Program-made: the position numbers and the translations under genes
IMG/VR virus record: IMGVR_UViG_3300028581_000020
Coordinates: 32,001-96,000 of that record
Origin: a virus
Reading direction: 5' to 3' (one strand)
DNA: 64,000 nucleotides
In this document: piece by piece, positions 17,685 through 27,420 of the stretch
Layout: the number at the start of each line of letters is the position of its first letter
Numbering within the stretch: the first letter of the stretch is position 1
Notes under the pieces: model-generated
The model's input: only the letters and a program-made list of their open reading frames with translations
Database searches by the model: none
What the model was told of the DNA's origin: nothing

Positions 17685-19210
17685 TAAAATCCTCTACTCA
17701 TAAGATTTTTATAATAGGCAAGTTGTTGAGATTGTTGTTCATTATCTCGACGAGCGTTTTCTATATCTCGTTCTTGTTTTGCTATTTCCGATTTAAGACT
17801 TGCACTCTTTGCTTGGCTTTCGAAATCAGAAATACCACGCTTACGAAGCTGTGCTAATTCAGTGTTTAATTGTGCTAATCTAGATTGACCAGTTTGTATG
17901 TGCTGATTTCCCGTTTCATATCTAGCTTGGATTGGGGCACTTTCAGCCGCCCATTGTTGCTTCATTGGGTCTAGAAGGCGATTTCCAGCCTGACGACCGA
18001 CCTGAGCATCGAGTCCGGCCTTAATTTGCGGTAATTGTCCGGAGAATGCCTGATATGCCTGGTCTACGCCACCTAGTCGCGCTAAAGCATTTAAACGTGA
18101 AGCCTTTTGTTCATCAATGAATTGTTGTTCCTTAACAGGACCGGCTTGCTCGTATTGTAAAGAAGGGGAAAGAACGGCGGCAGGATCTAGGCCGTATTCA
18201 ACGGCCTTCTTAGCCAGTTCAACCAACTCAGATTGTTTTTGTTGTGGTGTCCCCAAATTAGACATTCCAGGACGGCTTAAATTTATTTTGTCGCTTTGCT
18301 GGTCTTCGGGAGATTGAATACCAGGGTTACGATATTGACGCTCAAGTTTTTCTATTTGCTGATAATATTCAGGACTTCCTATAGCAACTCCCGCCTGACC
18401 ACGAATAGTTGCCTGAAGTTGGTCGTAAATACCTTGGGCCGCCTGTGATTTTTTATTAAATTGGCGAGCTTGATCGGCAGCTTCGGCTGTAACGGCATTT
18501 TGAGCGCCAGACAACTGTTTTTTAGTTTCTTCTGCAAATTGCTGAGCTTGACCTAGCGCTTGTTGTCCTTGTCCCAAGGCGGCAGCTTGTGCGGCCTGTG
18601 CTTCTGGAGATATGGCAAGTGCTTGACGGCGAGCACCTTGGAGTGCAGAACGATCAACATTAGCGCCAAATAACAAGGAGTCTAGACGTTTTTGTCCACC
18701 CGTATATTGTTGATTCCCAGCAGCAAAACGCTGGAGGAGATTCATTTGTCCTGGAGTATTACTAACATCTCCGGCAAGTTTTGCTGTTCTTTGCGCGGCA
18801 GATTGAATTCCGGCAGAGTTCGAAAGGCCCTGTTGGCCCATCTGTTTTAATTCGGCAGATGGTCCTGATAGATAGTTCTTGAATTTATTGACATCTTCGT
18901 CCGTTGCTGTTTGAGCGCCAGACAGAATGCGGGCAGAATTTTCTTTATCGGCAGAAGTTCCTAATTGTTGTTGTTGAAGACCCGCACTAAACTTTTCTTT
19001 AGATTGACCAATATCTTGCTTGACTTTGCCGGTCTCATTTTTAATACCAGTAGTTACAGCTTGGCCTAGTTTATTACCCTCGTTTGCTTGCAGGTAACGG
19101 CTAAGGTTTGTAAACCCAGAGCCCTTTTTTTGGGGGCCGCCAATACCAGCGTCTTTTTTATTAATAATATCAGCCATAGGTTCCTTAATATAGTTGTTAA
19201 TTGTACGCAA
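17684..19210 (-). CDS. putative ejection protein (Q-rich coiled coil)
   Basis: Composition and position. Confidence 0.5.
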   Translation of the reverse strand: MRTINNYIKEPMADIINKKDAGIGGPQKKGSGFTNLSRYLQANEGNKLGQAVTTGIKNETGKVKQDIGQSKEKFSAGLQQQQLGTSADKENSARILSGAQTATDEDVNKFKNYLSGPSAELKQMGQQGLSNSAGIQSAAQRTAKLAGDVSNTPGQMNLLQRFAAGNQQYTGGQKRLDSLLFGANVDRSALQGARRQALAISPEAQAAQAAALGQGQQALGQAQQFAEETKKQLSGAQNAVTAEAADQARQFNKKSQAAQGIYDQLQATIRGQAGVAIGSPEYYQQIEKLERQYRNPGIQSPEDQQSDKINLSRPGMSNLGTPQQKQSELVELAKKAVEYGLDPAAVLSPSLQYEQAGPVKEQQFIDEQKASRLNALARLGGVDQAYQAFSGQLPQIKAGLDAQVGRQAGNRLLDPMKQQWAAESAPIQARYETGNQHIQTGQSRLAQLNTELAQLRKRGISDFESQAKSASLKSEIAKQERDIENARRDNEQQSQQLAYYKNLMSRGF

Positions 19211-19610
19211 ATACAGTTAATAAGAACGGCGTATTTGCCGGTAGTCCTGTGACGTGTAAAATGTCTACAGATGCCGATAGTTGTCTGTACGTTATAAATG
19301 GGGCATTATTTGGATAACCTGCGGCATTTGATTGGTTTTCCGCTCTTAATACGGATAATCCGACCACCCGCACGGCACTCTTTAAAGGCACAACGGTTTT
19401 GGCTTTTACCGTTCCATCAGCATTTACCGTAATATTAACGGTGAACAGCGTCCCCTGCATATTATCGCCTAGAGTAAGACGACCGCTTAAAGCCGCATAG
19501 GCACTATCAAATCCATCATTTATAGAGCCAGCAAGAAGGTCGATGGTTGGCTGGATTTCTTGGTCAAAATCAGACTTATTAATTCGCTTAAAATTTCCAA
19601 GCTTAGCCAT
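19197..19610 (-). CDS. hypothetical tail-module protein
   Basis: Follows the tail nozzle gene. Confidence 0.55.
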   Translation of the reverse strand: MAKLGNFKRINKSDFDQEIQPTIDLLAGSINDGFDSAYAALSGRLTLGDNMQGTLFTVNITVNADGTVKAKTVVPLKSAVRVVGLSVLRAENQSNAAGYPNNAPFITYRQLSASVDILHVTGLPANTPFLLTVFAYN

Positions 19611-19612
19611 AA

Positions 19613-22600
19613 TTAGTTCCTATATGCTCTTGTAGAAATACCGACATTTCCACTAATAGTTACTCCATATACAGACCACTCTTCTCTAGCAACAGAATGT
19701 AAGAACGATAGATTAATATAACGACATCTCATGTAGTTTCTAGGAACATACGTTCTAAATGGTGATGAATTCGAAGCTCCGCCAAAATAGCCTTCACCAA
19801 AAGGTCCCGTACCCGTCCCAAATATCCCATTACCGGAAGAATTAAATTCCACGTAAGTGGTCAGAGGAATTAAATCGCTACTAAAGCCCATCTTACCTTT
19901 GGTGAATGCCCTATTAGCAAACATGATAGTTGCTTCCATTAAATGTTTCCATCCCAAGGGATCGCCCATTGTTTCTGGAGCATAAGTTACAGAACACGGA
20001 ATAGACTTAAATACCGTCATTTCACCAACAATAAATTGCGGGCTAACGTTAAGTGTAACTTTTTTAATATTACGATTTACAGCAGTTACTACCGCCTCGA
20101 AGGAAGTGTCGTATTCAATTTGTGAATAGTTTGTGAACGTAAAGTTTGTGCTGGTATTCATTGCATCTATCATAGCATTATAACATGCCATAATATCTTG
20201 AAACGATTCTACCTGCGTAGACCAAGTTCCAGTGGTTCCTGGAGTTGTGACATCAACAGGAACCGTAAAGGTATTGGCCGTAAGAACAGTAACTTCACGA
20301 GAACCGTTAATAACTGGAAAGGAATCTGTGCTAGCAATTGTAATAACACGACCAGAAACCAAGCCATGTGCAGAATCAGTGACAACTGTTGGATTAGCAA
20401 CAGAAATTCCGGTTATAGTACCAGTTTTTGATGCAATTAGGCTGCTAAATGTTGGTGATTCTGTTATCTCAGAGTCTAGTTTAGTTGCGAGTGCTTCCAT
20501 TTTAGAGCGCATATCGTCCCCAGAAACAGCAAATAGTGTCGAATAGTAATCATCAGAAGGAACTGATGGATCTATGTCAAGCTTTTCAAGAAGACTATTA
20601 AATCTAAATACACTTAATGTTTGAGATTGTTCAATAACATCACCAACTTCAATATCTGAAACCGAAGAAAACTCTAGGGTATTTGGTGCTGGATATCCAG
20701 AAGAAGACAGCAGAAGGCTATACTGCCTATCAGCATAATCCGTACGAGTGAAGTCTTTTCTTTCTTGTTCGATTTGATTAACATCCCCGGCACCAATAAC
20801 CAGGCGGTCGTCCACAGGATTCACAATGCCACAGGTGTTTTGCTTTTCGTAAGTGGTCCACGTTTGTGTTAGTGTACTGTATCTAAAACACTGTGTTGCG
20901 GTTGTGTCGTTAGTATTGGAGACTGTCCATACCAAGTAAGAATCGTCGGACTCATACCCAATTCCCCACGTCGCTGTTGCAAAGTTTGTATAGCTGCTTG
21001 ACGCTAGCTTAAGTATTTGTGTGTCAATTGCACGCGATCTTGTGTCTACCGAGGCCTCAGTGACCGTTACGATGCCCTTTTTGGTCCAAGCATAAATTGT
21101 ATTATTTGAAGAGTCCACGCTATCTGGAGCAATGAGGATACACGAAAGATCAAATGGTTCTAGTATGTACTGTCCAGTTTCTCCTGAAACGCGATATAGC
21201 CCATCTTCTGTAAAGATGAATAAACTATTTCTTAATGGAAAAATACGAAGTATCTGGTTTTCTAGTGGTCCAACGTCAAAATAGTTAACAAGAGGAACGG
21301 CTTCCGGTTGTCCTGGTTTAGAATAGAATATTCTGTTTGGTCGTGCCTCGTTCTCAGAAACCTCAGCGGAAGGTAGCGGGATCAATGCCCCCATAGTTCC
21401 ATTTGCCGTGGTTGAAACTGGAACGGTAAAGCTTGTTGAATTTATTACAGTAACAACTCTTATTCCGTCAATGCTTGGCGTTGAGTCTGTATTAGTAATT
21501 AACACTTTATCAAGATTATTCAGTCCATGTGGAGTTGAGGTTGTTACGGTTGCTTGTAGTTCTGGTGCGGCGATATTAGAAATCTGCACGCTAGGAGCTA
21601 CAATCGGATCAAAGCTTTCGGCCACCGTTGAGTTATTCGCTAAGATATAGAATTCCGGTACAGGCAGGTCGCGACCTTCTAATAACATAATACCTGGATT
21701 TGTATCAATACCAGGTAAATAATATCCGTATGTAACTTCGCCTTTGTTCTTATTCATAACACGAACAAAGCTCTTTGCTGTATTTTCTACGGCCTGTCCC
21801 ACCGAAGTGATTGTCGAAAGAAGAACTTGTAGCTCTCCTTCTTGTGAAGTGCTTACAGTAAAGCCCCCAGATGTCACGTTCTCTGTAGTAGGTGACGTTG
21901 GTCCATAATCAACACTGGTGATAGTTAGTTGATTTGTATTAACTGAGACGTTAAAATAACCAGTATCAGTCAGCGCAGTTTGGATCTTGATGGCCATCTG
22001 ATCGGCAGTCTCAGATCCAGTGGTGTCAATGCTAATCCCGCTCAAACCGAATACGTTCGGGTCTGTGGCCGATCCGCGATCAAACCATACATAATATTGT
22101 TGTTTACCAAAGGGGGTAAACACACTGAAATAGTCAGCAGTTCCCGCTGCGGCATATGCGGAGCCAGCAACGCACGTAACAACTGAGACTTCTTGTGTTA
22201 CTTTTTCACCACGACCCTGCTGCGTAACCGTGAAGGTGAAGCCTGCTGGAAGCGTAGAAACAACGTCATCAACATACCCATCTTCCAATGTCGTAATTAA
22301 AACTGTGCTGGTCGATATTGAAGATATTTCAGCATTAAAATCGTATAATAATGTATTAATACAGTTTTTTACTTTTTCGGCAACCTGGGATGATGTATCA
22401 GAAGAAAGAACGTCTATAGCAAGTCCCGTTCTACCGGAAAGGGCGGGATCTGTGCCCGCATTGTCAACTCTAAACCAGAAATAGTATAAGTTTTCGTTGT
22501 TGCCAGAATTTATATTGAAATAGCTGCTAGCCAATAATGCTGTACTTCCTGCAGCACAAACCAGGGAGGTCTCTTCTTCTCTCCCAGTAACAAATTCATA

Positions 22601-24592
22601 GGTATGAAAATCGCTGGAGGTTGCTATTGTAATTTTTGGCGGCCTTCCAGCATTATACTCGTCTATTAAATCTTGAACGCCCAAAAGTTTAAATTGTCTT
22701 CTTTGGCGAGTTTGTGTATTCGCATAAAAAACAGAGGTCTTATAAAGCGAAACATCTCCGGCCTCGGGAGGAACATCGTTTGCTTGAACAATTCCTTCAC
22801 CAGTGGTTTCGTTTGTATAAAGATTTGCTCCGAGGAAAATGTCAGGAGTGATATCCTGAACAGTTAGAGTTCCATCGGCGAGTTCTGTGTCGGTAGGAAA
22901 TCCCTCAAATACAAGCTGAAGTTCATCAGAAGGAACCAGGTCATCAAGAACATCTGTTCCGACCGCAGTTACCTGTGCTGAACGATATACTTGATAAAAG
23001 TTATTGGTTGTTGCACTTTCAGGAATAGTAATTTCGAGGTACGACGTTACTGTCGTTGTAATCGCCAAGTCATCGACAAATTCTTGTCCAAGTTCGTCAT
23101 TAAATACAATGGTTTTGCTAATAAAGGCATCTGCATCTGGAGGACCTGAACCTGAATAGGTACTAGCAAATTGTAGGGTGGTTGACGTAACGTTTGTAAT
23201 TGTTTTGTATCCGTCAATACTAGCACTAATAAACCCAGAAAGATAAATCTGTTGTCCAATTTGTACATAGTCTCTTGGGTCGCCAACAGAAAATGTTACG
23301 GTGTAAGTAGACCCATCACCAGAACATGAGGCCGAGTCGATATTGAGAAGTCCGGTGCCCCCCGCGTCATTTGCAAGTAACGACTCGCGTGTAACGTTTT
23401 GAAGGGCCGTGATAATGGACTCCAAATAAGTCTGTAGGTCTTGAAGTTGTGTGTGGGTCGTGGGAGTTGACGGAGCGGAAGGAACTGTAATATTACGGAA
23501 AGTTCCACTAGTAACTGTTGCCGAAGAGCTTGCAGTTACAGTGCCAGTGGCATCTGTGGTAAAACTTAGGGTATTTGCTGTGGGATCAATTGCTGTAATA
23601 GTTCTTAGGCCGTTGAGTGTTCCCGACGTTCCAGCCGTAAATCCGGATAGATAAATAACTTGGCCAATATCGAAATATTGTTTAACATTGCCTCCGTCAT
23701 TTCCTCCAGTAGCAAAGGATACGGTACACGTTGTTCCAGAAATAACGGCAGGAGTTGCTGCTAATTCTAAAGGAATAGCTGCTGAAATTGCTCCGTCATT
23801 ATCTGCATATAAAATATCGTTGTCAAGTTTCGCTGTAAGGCCTAATAAATTTGTATATAAATCGTTAGCATCTGAAGAATCCGTCAAGTTATAAATAGCT
23901 TGATAGTTTCCATCAGTAATCATGCTTCCGAATTGATCCAATTGATCGAGTCTAAGAAGTAGATTATTAAAGTCCCTGGCAATAAGCTGCAACATTGGAT
24001 TGTATAAAATGGTCTGTTCGGAAGGCGTTCCTAAAATTAGGTTATTGTTTAGGTCTCTTGAGGCCCAAACAACACGGTATGCAACAACCGAGTCTTGCTG
24101 AAACCAGGAGGTCTGGTCTCCTAATATAACTCCTAAACGAGCGGCAACATCCAAAGCTTTAATACCACCAGCATCGGTAATATAGCCAGCATTTGCGGTA
24201 AGATCTGTGGCTGTTTTTGCTGAGATCTTTTTAATACCAGCAGACGTTGTAAAATATAAATTCCCATTACTAGCAACAAATTTAATACGAAGACCTGGAC
24301 TAGTTTCTTCATACGAACCGGAAAAATCTGTAAAATTCCCAGATCCATCATCAAAAGCTAGAGTATTGTCATAATGTAGGATAATACGGTCACGATAAGC
24401 TCTTAGTTGATTAGCTCTTTGTTGAATAGAACCAAATGCAGAACCATACAACTTAAAGCCACGACGAGATTCAATGACATTATCACGACGGATAATGACG
24501 TTCTCAGCCTTAACAAGACTTCCTGATGGAAGGTCAATATTATTAGGCGAATAGTTCAAACCTAGGGCTTTTAAATTAACCTGACTAGGCAT
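19613..24592 (-). CDS. large tail nozzle / stabilisation-type protein with inserted beta-domains
   Basis: N-terminal AENVIIRRDNVIESRRGF; NRIFYSK propeller-like segment; T/S-rich repeated beta modules. Confidence 0.6.
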   Translation of the reverse strand: MPSQVNLKALGLNYSPNNIDLPSGSLVKAENVIIRRDNVIESRRGFKLYGSAFGSIQQRANQLRAYRDRIILHYDNTLAFDDGSGNFTDFSGSYEETSPGLRIKFVASNGNLYFTTSAGIKKISAKTATDLTANAGYITDAGGIKALDVAARLGVILGDQTSWFQQDSVVAYRVVWASRDLNNNLILGTPSEQTILYNPMLQLIARDFNNLLLRLDQLDQFGSMITDGNYQAIYNLTDSSDANDLYTNLLGLTAKLDNDILYADNDGAISAAIPLELAATPAVISGTTCTVSFATGGNDGGNVKQYFDIGQVIYLSGFTAGTSGTLNGLRTITAIDPTANTLSFTTDATGTVTASSSATVTSGTFRNITVPSAPSTPTTHTQLQDLQTYLESIITALQNVTRESLLANDAGGTGLLNIDSASCSGDGSTYTVTFSVGDPRDYVQIGQQIYLSGFISASIDGYKTITNVTSTTLQFASTYSGSGPPDADAFISKTIVFNDELGQEFVDDLAITTTVTSYLEITIPESATTNNFYQVYRSAQVTAVGTDVLDDLVPSDELQLVFEGFPTDTELADGTLTVQDITPDIFLGANLYTNETTGEGIVQANDVPPEAGDVSLYKTSVFYANTQTRQRRQFKLLGVQDLIDEYNAGRPPKITIATSSDFHTYEFVTGREEETSLVCAAGSTALLASSYFNINSGNNENLYYFWFRVDNAGTDPALSGRTGLAIDVLSSDTSSQVAEKVKNCINTLLYDFNAEISSISTSTVLITTLEDGYVDDVVSTLPAGFTFTVTQQGRGEKVTQEVSVVTCVAGSAYAAAGTADYFSVFTPFGKQQYYVWFDRGSATDPNVFGLSGISIDTTGSETADQMAIKIQTALTDTGYFNVSVNTNQLTITSVDYGPTSPTTENVTSGGFTVSTSQEGELQVLLSTITSVGQAVENTAKSFVRVMNKNKGEVTYGYYLPGIDTNPGIMLLEGRDLPVPEFYILANNSTVAESFDPIVAPSVQISNIAAPELQATVTTSTPHGLNNLDKVLITNTDSTPSIDGIRVVTVINSTSFTVPVSTTANGTMGALIPLPSAEVSENEARPNRIFYSKPGQPEAVPLVNYFDVGPLENQILRIFPLRNSLFIFTEDGLYRVSGETGQYILEPFDLSCILIAPDSVDSSNNTIYAWTKKGIVTVTEASVDTRSRAIDTQILKLASSSYTNFATATWGIGYESDDSYLVWTVSNTNDTTATQCFRYSTLTQTWTTYEKQNTCGIVNPVDDRLVIGAGDVNQIEQERKDFTRTDYADRQYSLLLSSSGYPAPNTLEFSSVSDIEVGDVIEQSQTLSVFRFNSLLEKLDIDPSVPSDDYYSTLFAVSGDDMRSKMEALATKLDSEITESPTFSSLIASKTGTITGISVANPTVVTDSAHGLVSGRVITIASTDSFPVINGSREVTVLTANTFTVPVDVTTPGTTGTWSTQVESFQDIMACYNAMIDAMNTSTNFTFTNYSQIEYDTSFEAVVTAVNRNIKKVTLNVSPQFIVGEMTVFKSIPCSVTYAPETMGDPLGWKHLMEATIMFANRAFTKGKMGFSSDLIPLTTYVEFNSSGNGIFGTGTGPFGEGYFGGASNSSPFRTYVPRNYMRCRYINLSFLHSVAREEWSVYGVTISGNVGISTRAYRN

Positions 24593-24595
24593 TAT

Positions 24596-25069
24596 TTATT
24601 CCTTTTTTAAAGCTTTTAAACGGCCTTTAGCGCCCTTTAAGATATCATCATATTCATCAGCAACGGCTCGCCCTTTTATTAGCTGTGGGCTATCTAATGC
24701 CTCTAGGGACTTTTCTACGGCCCTACGAGCCAAAGGAGCGGGCTCTGGTTTAATCTGGATATTATCTAGGGCGTTTCCGGCCTGTTCTATAAATTCCTGA
24801 CCAGAAGCCGGAACCTTAGCACCTAAACCACGAAGGTAGTCTAAAAATTCCTTTTTTTCTATTAGGGGAAGGAGCTTCTTCTGAACAGCATGTTCTAGAC
24901 TTTCTTCAATGACTGTCGGTCTGATAGGACCGATACTTCCGACAGCAGAAGCTCCGGATTCTGCTAGTTCCCGAACCCTTTCAGGATCGTTGACATAAGG
25001 ACGTGATAAGTCGTCAATTCCCTTTTGGGATTCGGCAATTTTTTGTTTGAGACGTTCTAAAAGACCCAT
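24596..25069 (-). CDS. hypothetical protein sharing its N-terminus with 14544..16229
   Basis: KGID...RELAESGASAVGSI versus KGID...RDLSTQGASMIGSI. Confidence 0.6.
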   Translation of the reverse strand: MGLLERLKQKIAESQKGIDDLSRPYVNDPERVRELAESGASAVGSIGPIRPTVIEESLEHAVQKKLLPLIEKKEFLDYLRGLGAKVPASGQEFIEQAGNALDNIQIKPEPAPLARRAVEKSLEALDSPQLIKGRAVADEYDDILKGAKGRLKALKKE

Positions 25070-26325
25070 TATGAATTCCTACGCCACCCGTTCCATTTAC
25101 CGTAACGTAAAATACTGTGTGTATTATTAACTTTTTTTGCAGCGCCTTCTACTCGATTAGATATCATCTTATTTTCAGCGCTAATAATGTCTTGAATCTT
25201 AGCATTTGTAACTTGTAGTCCGGCTTGATCGCCAATTGCTGCTAATACTCTAGCGGAGCTTCTTTCTGCCAGCCCGTTATGAAGATCCGATGGGATTTGC
25301 GGGATAATACATTCTCCGGCTGTGCAAATATAATCACCAATTTCAAAATTATCGGGAACTACCCCACTAGAAAATGTAATTTGATTGCCAGAAATTGCAC
25401 TATTTGATAGTAGAATGTCAAATTTATATGTTTTATGCGCTCCGGGGGTTTGTAGAAAGTCGATTTTTGTATTATTCGCGATATTATCGGGAATACTGTC
25501 AAACTGAACCACTTGTAATGGACTGATAATAATAGCATCCTCGTTTACAGTAGAGAAATCTGTTGTCACAATCGAGTACGAGACAGTTACGGTGGCAGTT
25601 GAGGGAGTTCCATTTGATGCTGAATATTCTCCGTTGGAATTTATAGCGTTCACTAGATTGGTAGCTGTCAAAATTGAAGATGCGCCAATTAAAAACTCGT
25701 TACTTAAAGGAGATCCTGTTACGGCGGTAAACTGCTGTTCTCCGATAGTTAAAACGTCGCCATCGGCAATCGAAGCATTGTCAATTTCGATATTTTTTAG
25801 GAATGCCGTGGCCGTTGCTGCTCTATTAATTGGAACCAACTGGTTTGGACGCATGAAATAGTACATAACAAGCGAGCCCGTTGGAGACTGATTTGCTCCA
25901 GGGGTAATCACAATGTCAGACCCTTCCAAATAAAATCCCTGAATTACGTCTGGATTCGCTGCATTTTGCTGGAAGAAAGCCTTTTGACCTGCGTCAATTT
26001 GCGTCATTTCATACAAATTACCGTAGTCTTGACCGGGAATAATTTGGTTATCAGCATAAAACACGTCACGAAGTTTATCACCAATAGCACGCTTAGGAAT
26101 AGCATAGCGAGACTTATTAGATTGTAACGGGACAACAACGTACGATACAAAATATTCTTCGTGGTGCTCAAGAATAGCGGGAACTTGTCCGATCATCATC
26201 TCCTCGTTAGCAAAATCGAGCAAATCCTGTTCGGAAAAGGTCGCAGAAGCTATTGGAAACGAGATCTTACGTTTTAGGGCAGCAATAAGCTGCGTGCTAT
26301 TCATCCAAGACGTTGCATTTGCCAT
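25069..26325 (-). CDS. putative head-tail adaptor (tail tubular A-like)
   Basis: Helical N-terminus (LLDFANEE), YAIP, IPQIP..LH; upstream of the nozzle gene. Confidence 0.55.
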   Translation of the reverse strand: MANATSWMNSTQLIAALKRKISFPIASATFSEQDLLDFANEEMMIGQVPAILEHHEEYFVSYVVVPLQSNKSRYAIPKRAIGDKLRDVFYADNQIIPGQDYGNLYEMTQIDAGQKAFFQQNAANPDVIQGFYLEGSDIVITPGANQSPTGSLVMYYFMRPNQLVPINRAATATAFLKNIEIDNASIADGDVLTIGEQQFTAVTGSPLSNEFLIGASSILTATNLVNAINSNGEYSASNGTPSTATVTVSYSIVTTDFSTVNEDAIIISPLQVVQFDSIPDNIANNTKIDFLQTPGAHKTYKFDILLSNSAISGNQITFSSGVVPDNFEIGDYICTAGECIIPQIPSDLHNGLAERSSARVLAAIGDQAGLQVTNAKIQDIISAENKMISNRVEGAAKKVNNTHSILRYGKWNGWRRNS

Positions 26326-26334
26326 GGAAACTCC

Positions 26335-26715
26335 TTAGGCTTTCTTTGCTTTTAGAGCCTCTTTTTTGGCTTGAAGTGAAGCGAGAAGTTCATCAATTTG
26401 CTCTTCTGACATTTCTTCACCTTCCATGTCATTTTCCGGCTCACGATCTTCGCCGTCATCGGCAATCTCACCAAAACCACCCGCCTGACCTTCAACAATC
26501 TCTTCGGCTTTTTCTAGACCAGACTTCAGCCCCTCGGGAGAGTCGGCGGCAACCGAAACTTTCTTAAGGCCCTGAAGAGGTTCTTTCATAGCACCCATAG
26601 CTTCAGAACGAAGGCTGCTAAGAACAGACTTTTTGGCATCCTTTTCCATAGGGTCCATTTCACAGTCTTTGCCACCTTTAAGCGACTTTAGCTTTTTTAA
26701 CATTTCCATTTTCAT
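26335..26715 (-). CDS. hypothetical charged protein
   Basis: ORF in operon. Confidence 0.6.
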   Translation of the reverse strand: MKMEMLKKLKSLKGGKDCEMDPMEKDAKKSVLSSLRSEAMGAMKEPLQGLKKVSVAADSPEGLKSGLEKAEEIVEGQAGGFGEIADDGEDREPENDMEGEEMSEEQIDELLASLQAKKEALKAKKA

Positions 26716-26724
26716 ATTAATTCC

Positions 26725-26961
26725 TTACTTAAGGTTTAGTGATGCAGAGCCCGAGCCTGCGCCAGAAGCCGCGATTGCTTGCGTAGTAGTGCGCGTAGCA
26801 ATTTCGATCTGAGCGGGAGCACCGGCAGTAATCTGAAGAAGAAGGTTTAGGACTTGCTGGACTACTTCATGGGGTTTGGTGCTGTCTAGTTGTAGTTGCT
26901 GCGTCACTTGTCCGCAGTCTAGGGCTTGAGTCTCGATACGAATCATTACATAACCGGCCAT
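26725..26961 (-). CDS. hypothetical protein
   Basis: GGAG SD upstream. Confidence 0.6.
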   Translation of the reverse strand: MAGYVMIRIETQALDCGQVTQQLQLDSTKPHEVVQQVLNLLLQITAGAPAQIEIATRTTTQAIAASGAGSGSASLNLK

Positions 26962-26970
26962 AATATCTCC

Positions 26971-27420
26971 TTATTTTAGAGCTAACAAAATCAACGTCAG
27001 AACAATTCCAACGCTGTTAATAATATATAGTAAGTTCATGTTTTTATGTTCTGTTATCGTCTTTTCAATAATAACAGGCTTCTCAATGACTTGGTATTCC
27101 GTGATATATTTAGGAATCTCTACGATCTGCACTTCTTTGACAATAACCGGAACTTCGATTTTCTCGATTTGAACTTCTTTAACGACAATAGTTTTTTCAA
27201 CTTCAAAGGGCTCTTTGACAATCTCAGGAATCTTAATTTCTTGTATTTCTTTGACAATGACAGGAACCTCGATCTTCTCAATCTTAATTTCTTGTGGGGC
27301 AGTTTTGATTTGCGACGAAATCACAGGCATTTCGCCGTTCACAATAAGAACTCTGGTTGCATTCATGTTCTCGTCATGCGTATCGCGGATAATTTGGTTT
27401 GAGTCTTTAAGAGTTAGCAT
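26971..27420 (-). CDS. IEKIEVPVIVKE-repeat protein with C-terminal TM
   Basis: Repeated V/I-E/K-P motif; hydrophobic C-terminus. Confidence 0.65.
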   Translation of the reverse strand: MLTLKDSNQIIRDTHDENMNATRVLIVNGEMPVISSQIKTAPQEIKIEKIEVPVIVKEIQEIKIPEIVKEPFEVEKTIVVKEVQIEKIEVPVIVKEVQIVEIPKYITEYQVIEKPVIIEKTITEHKNMNLLYIINSVGIVLTLILLALK

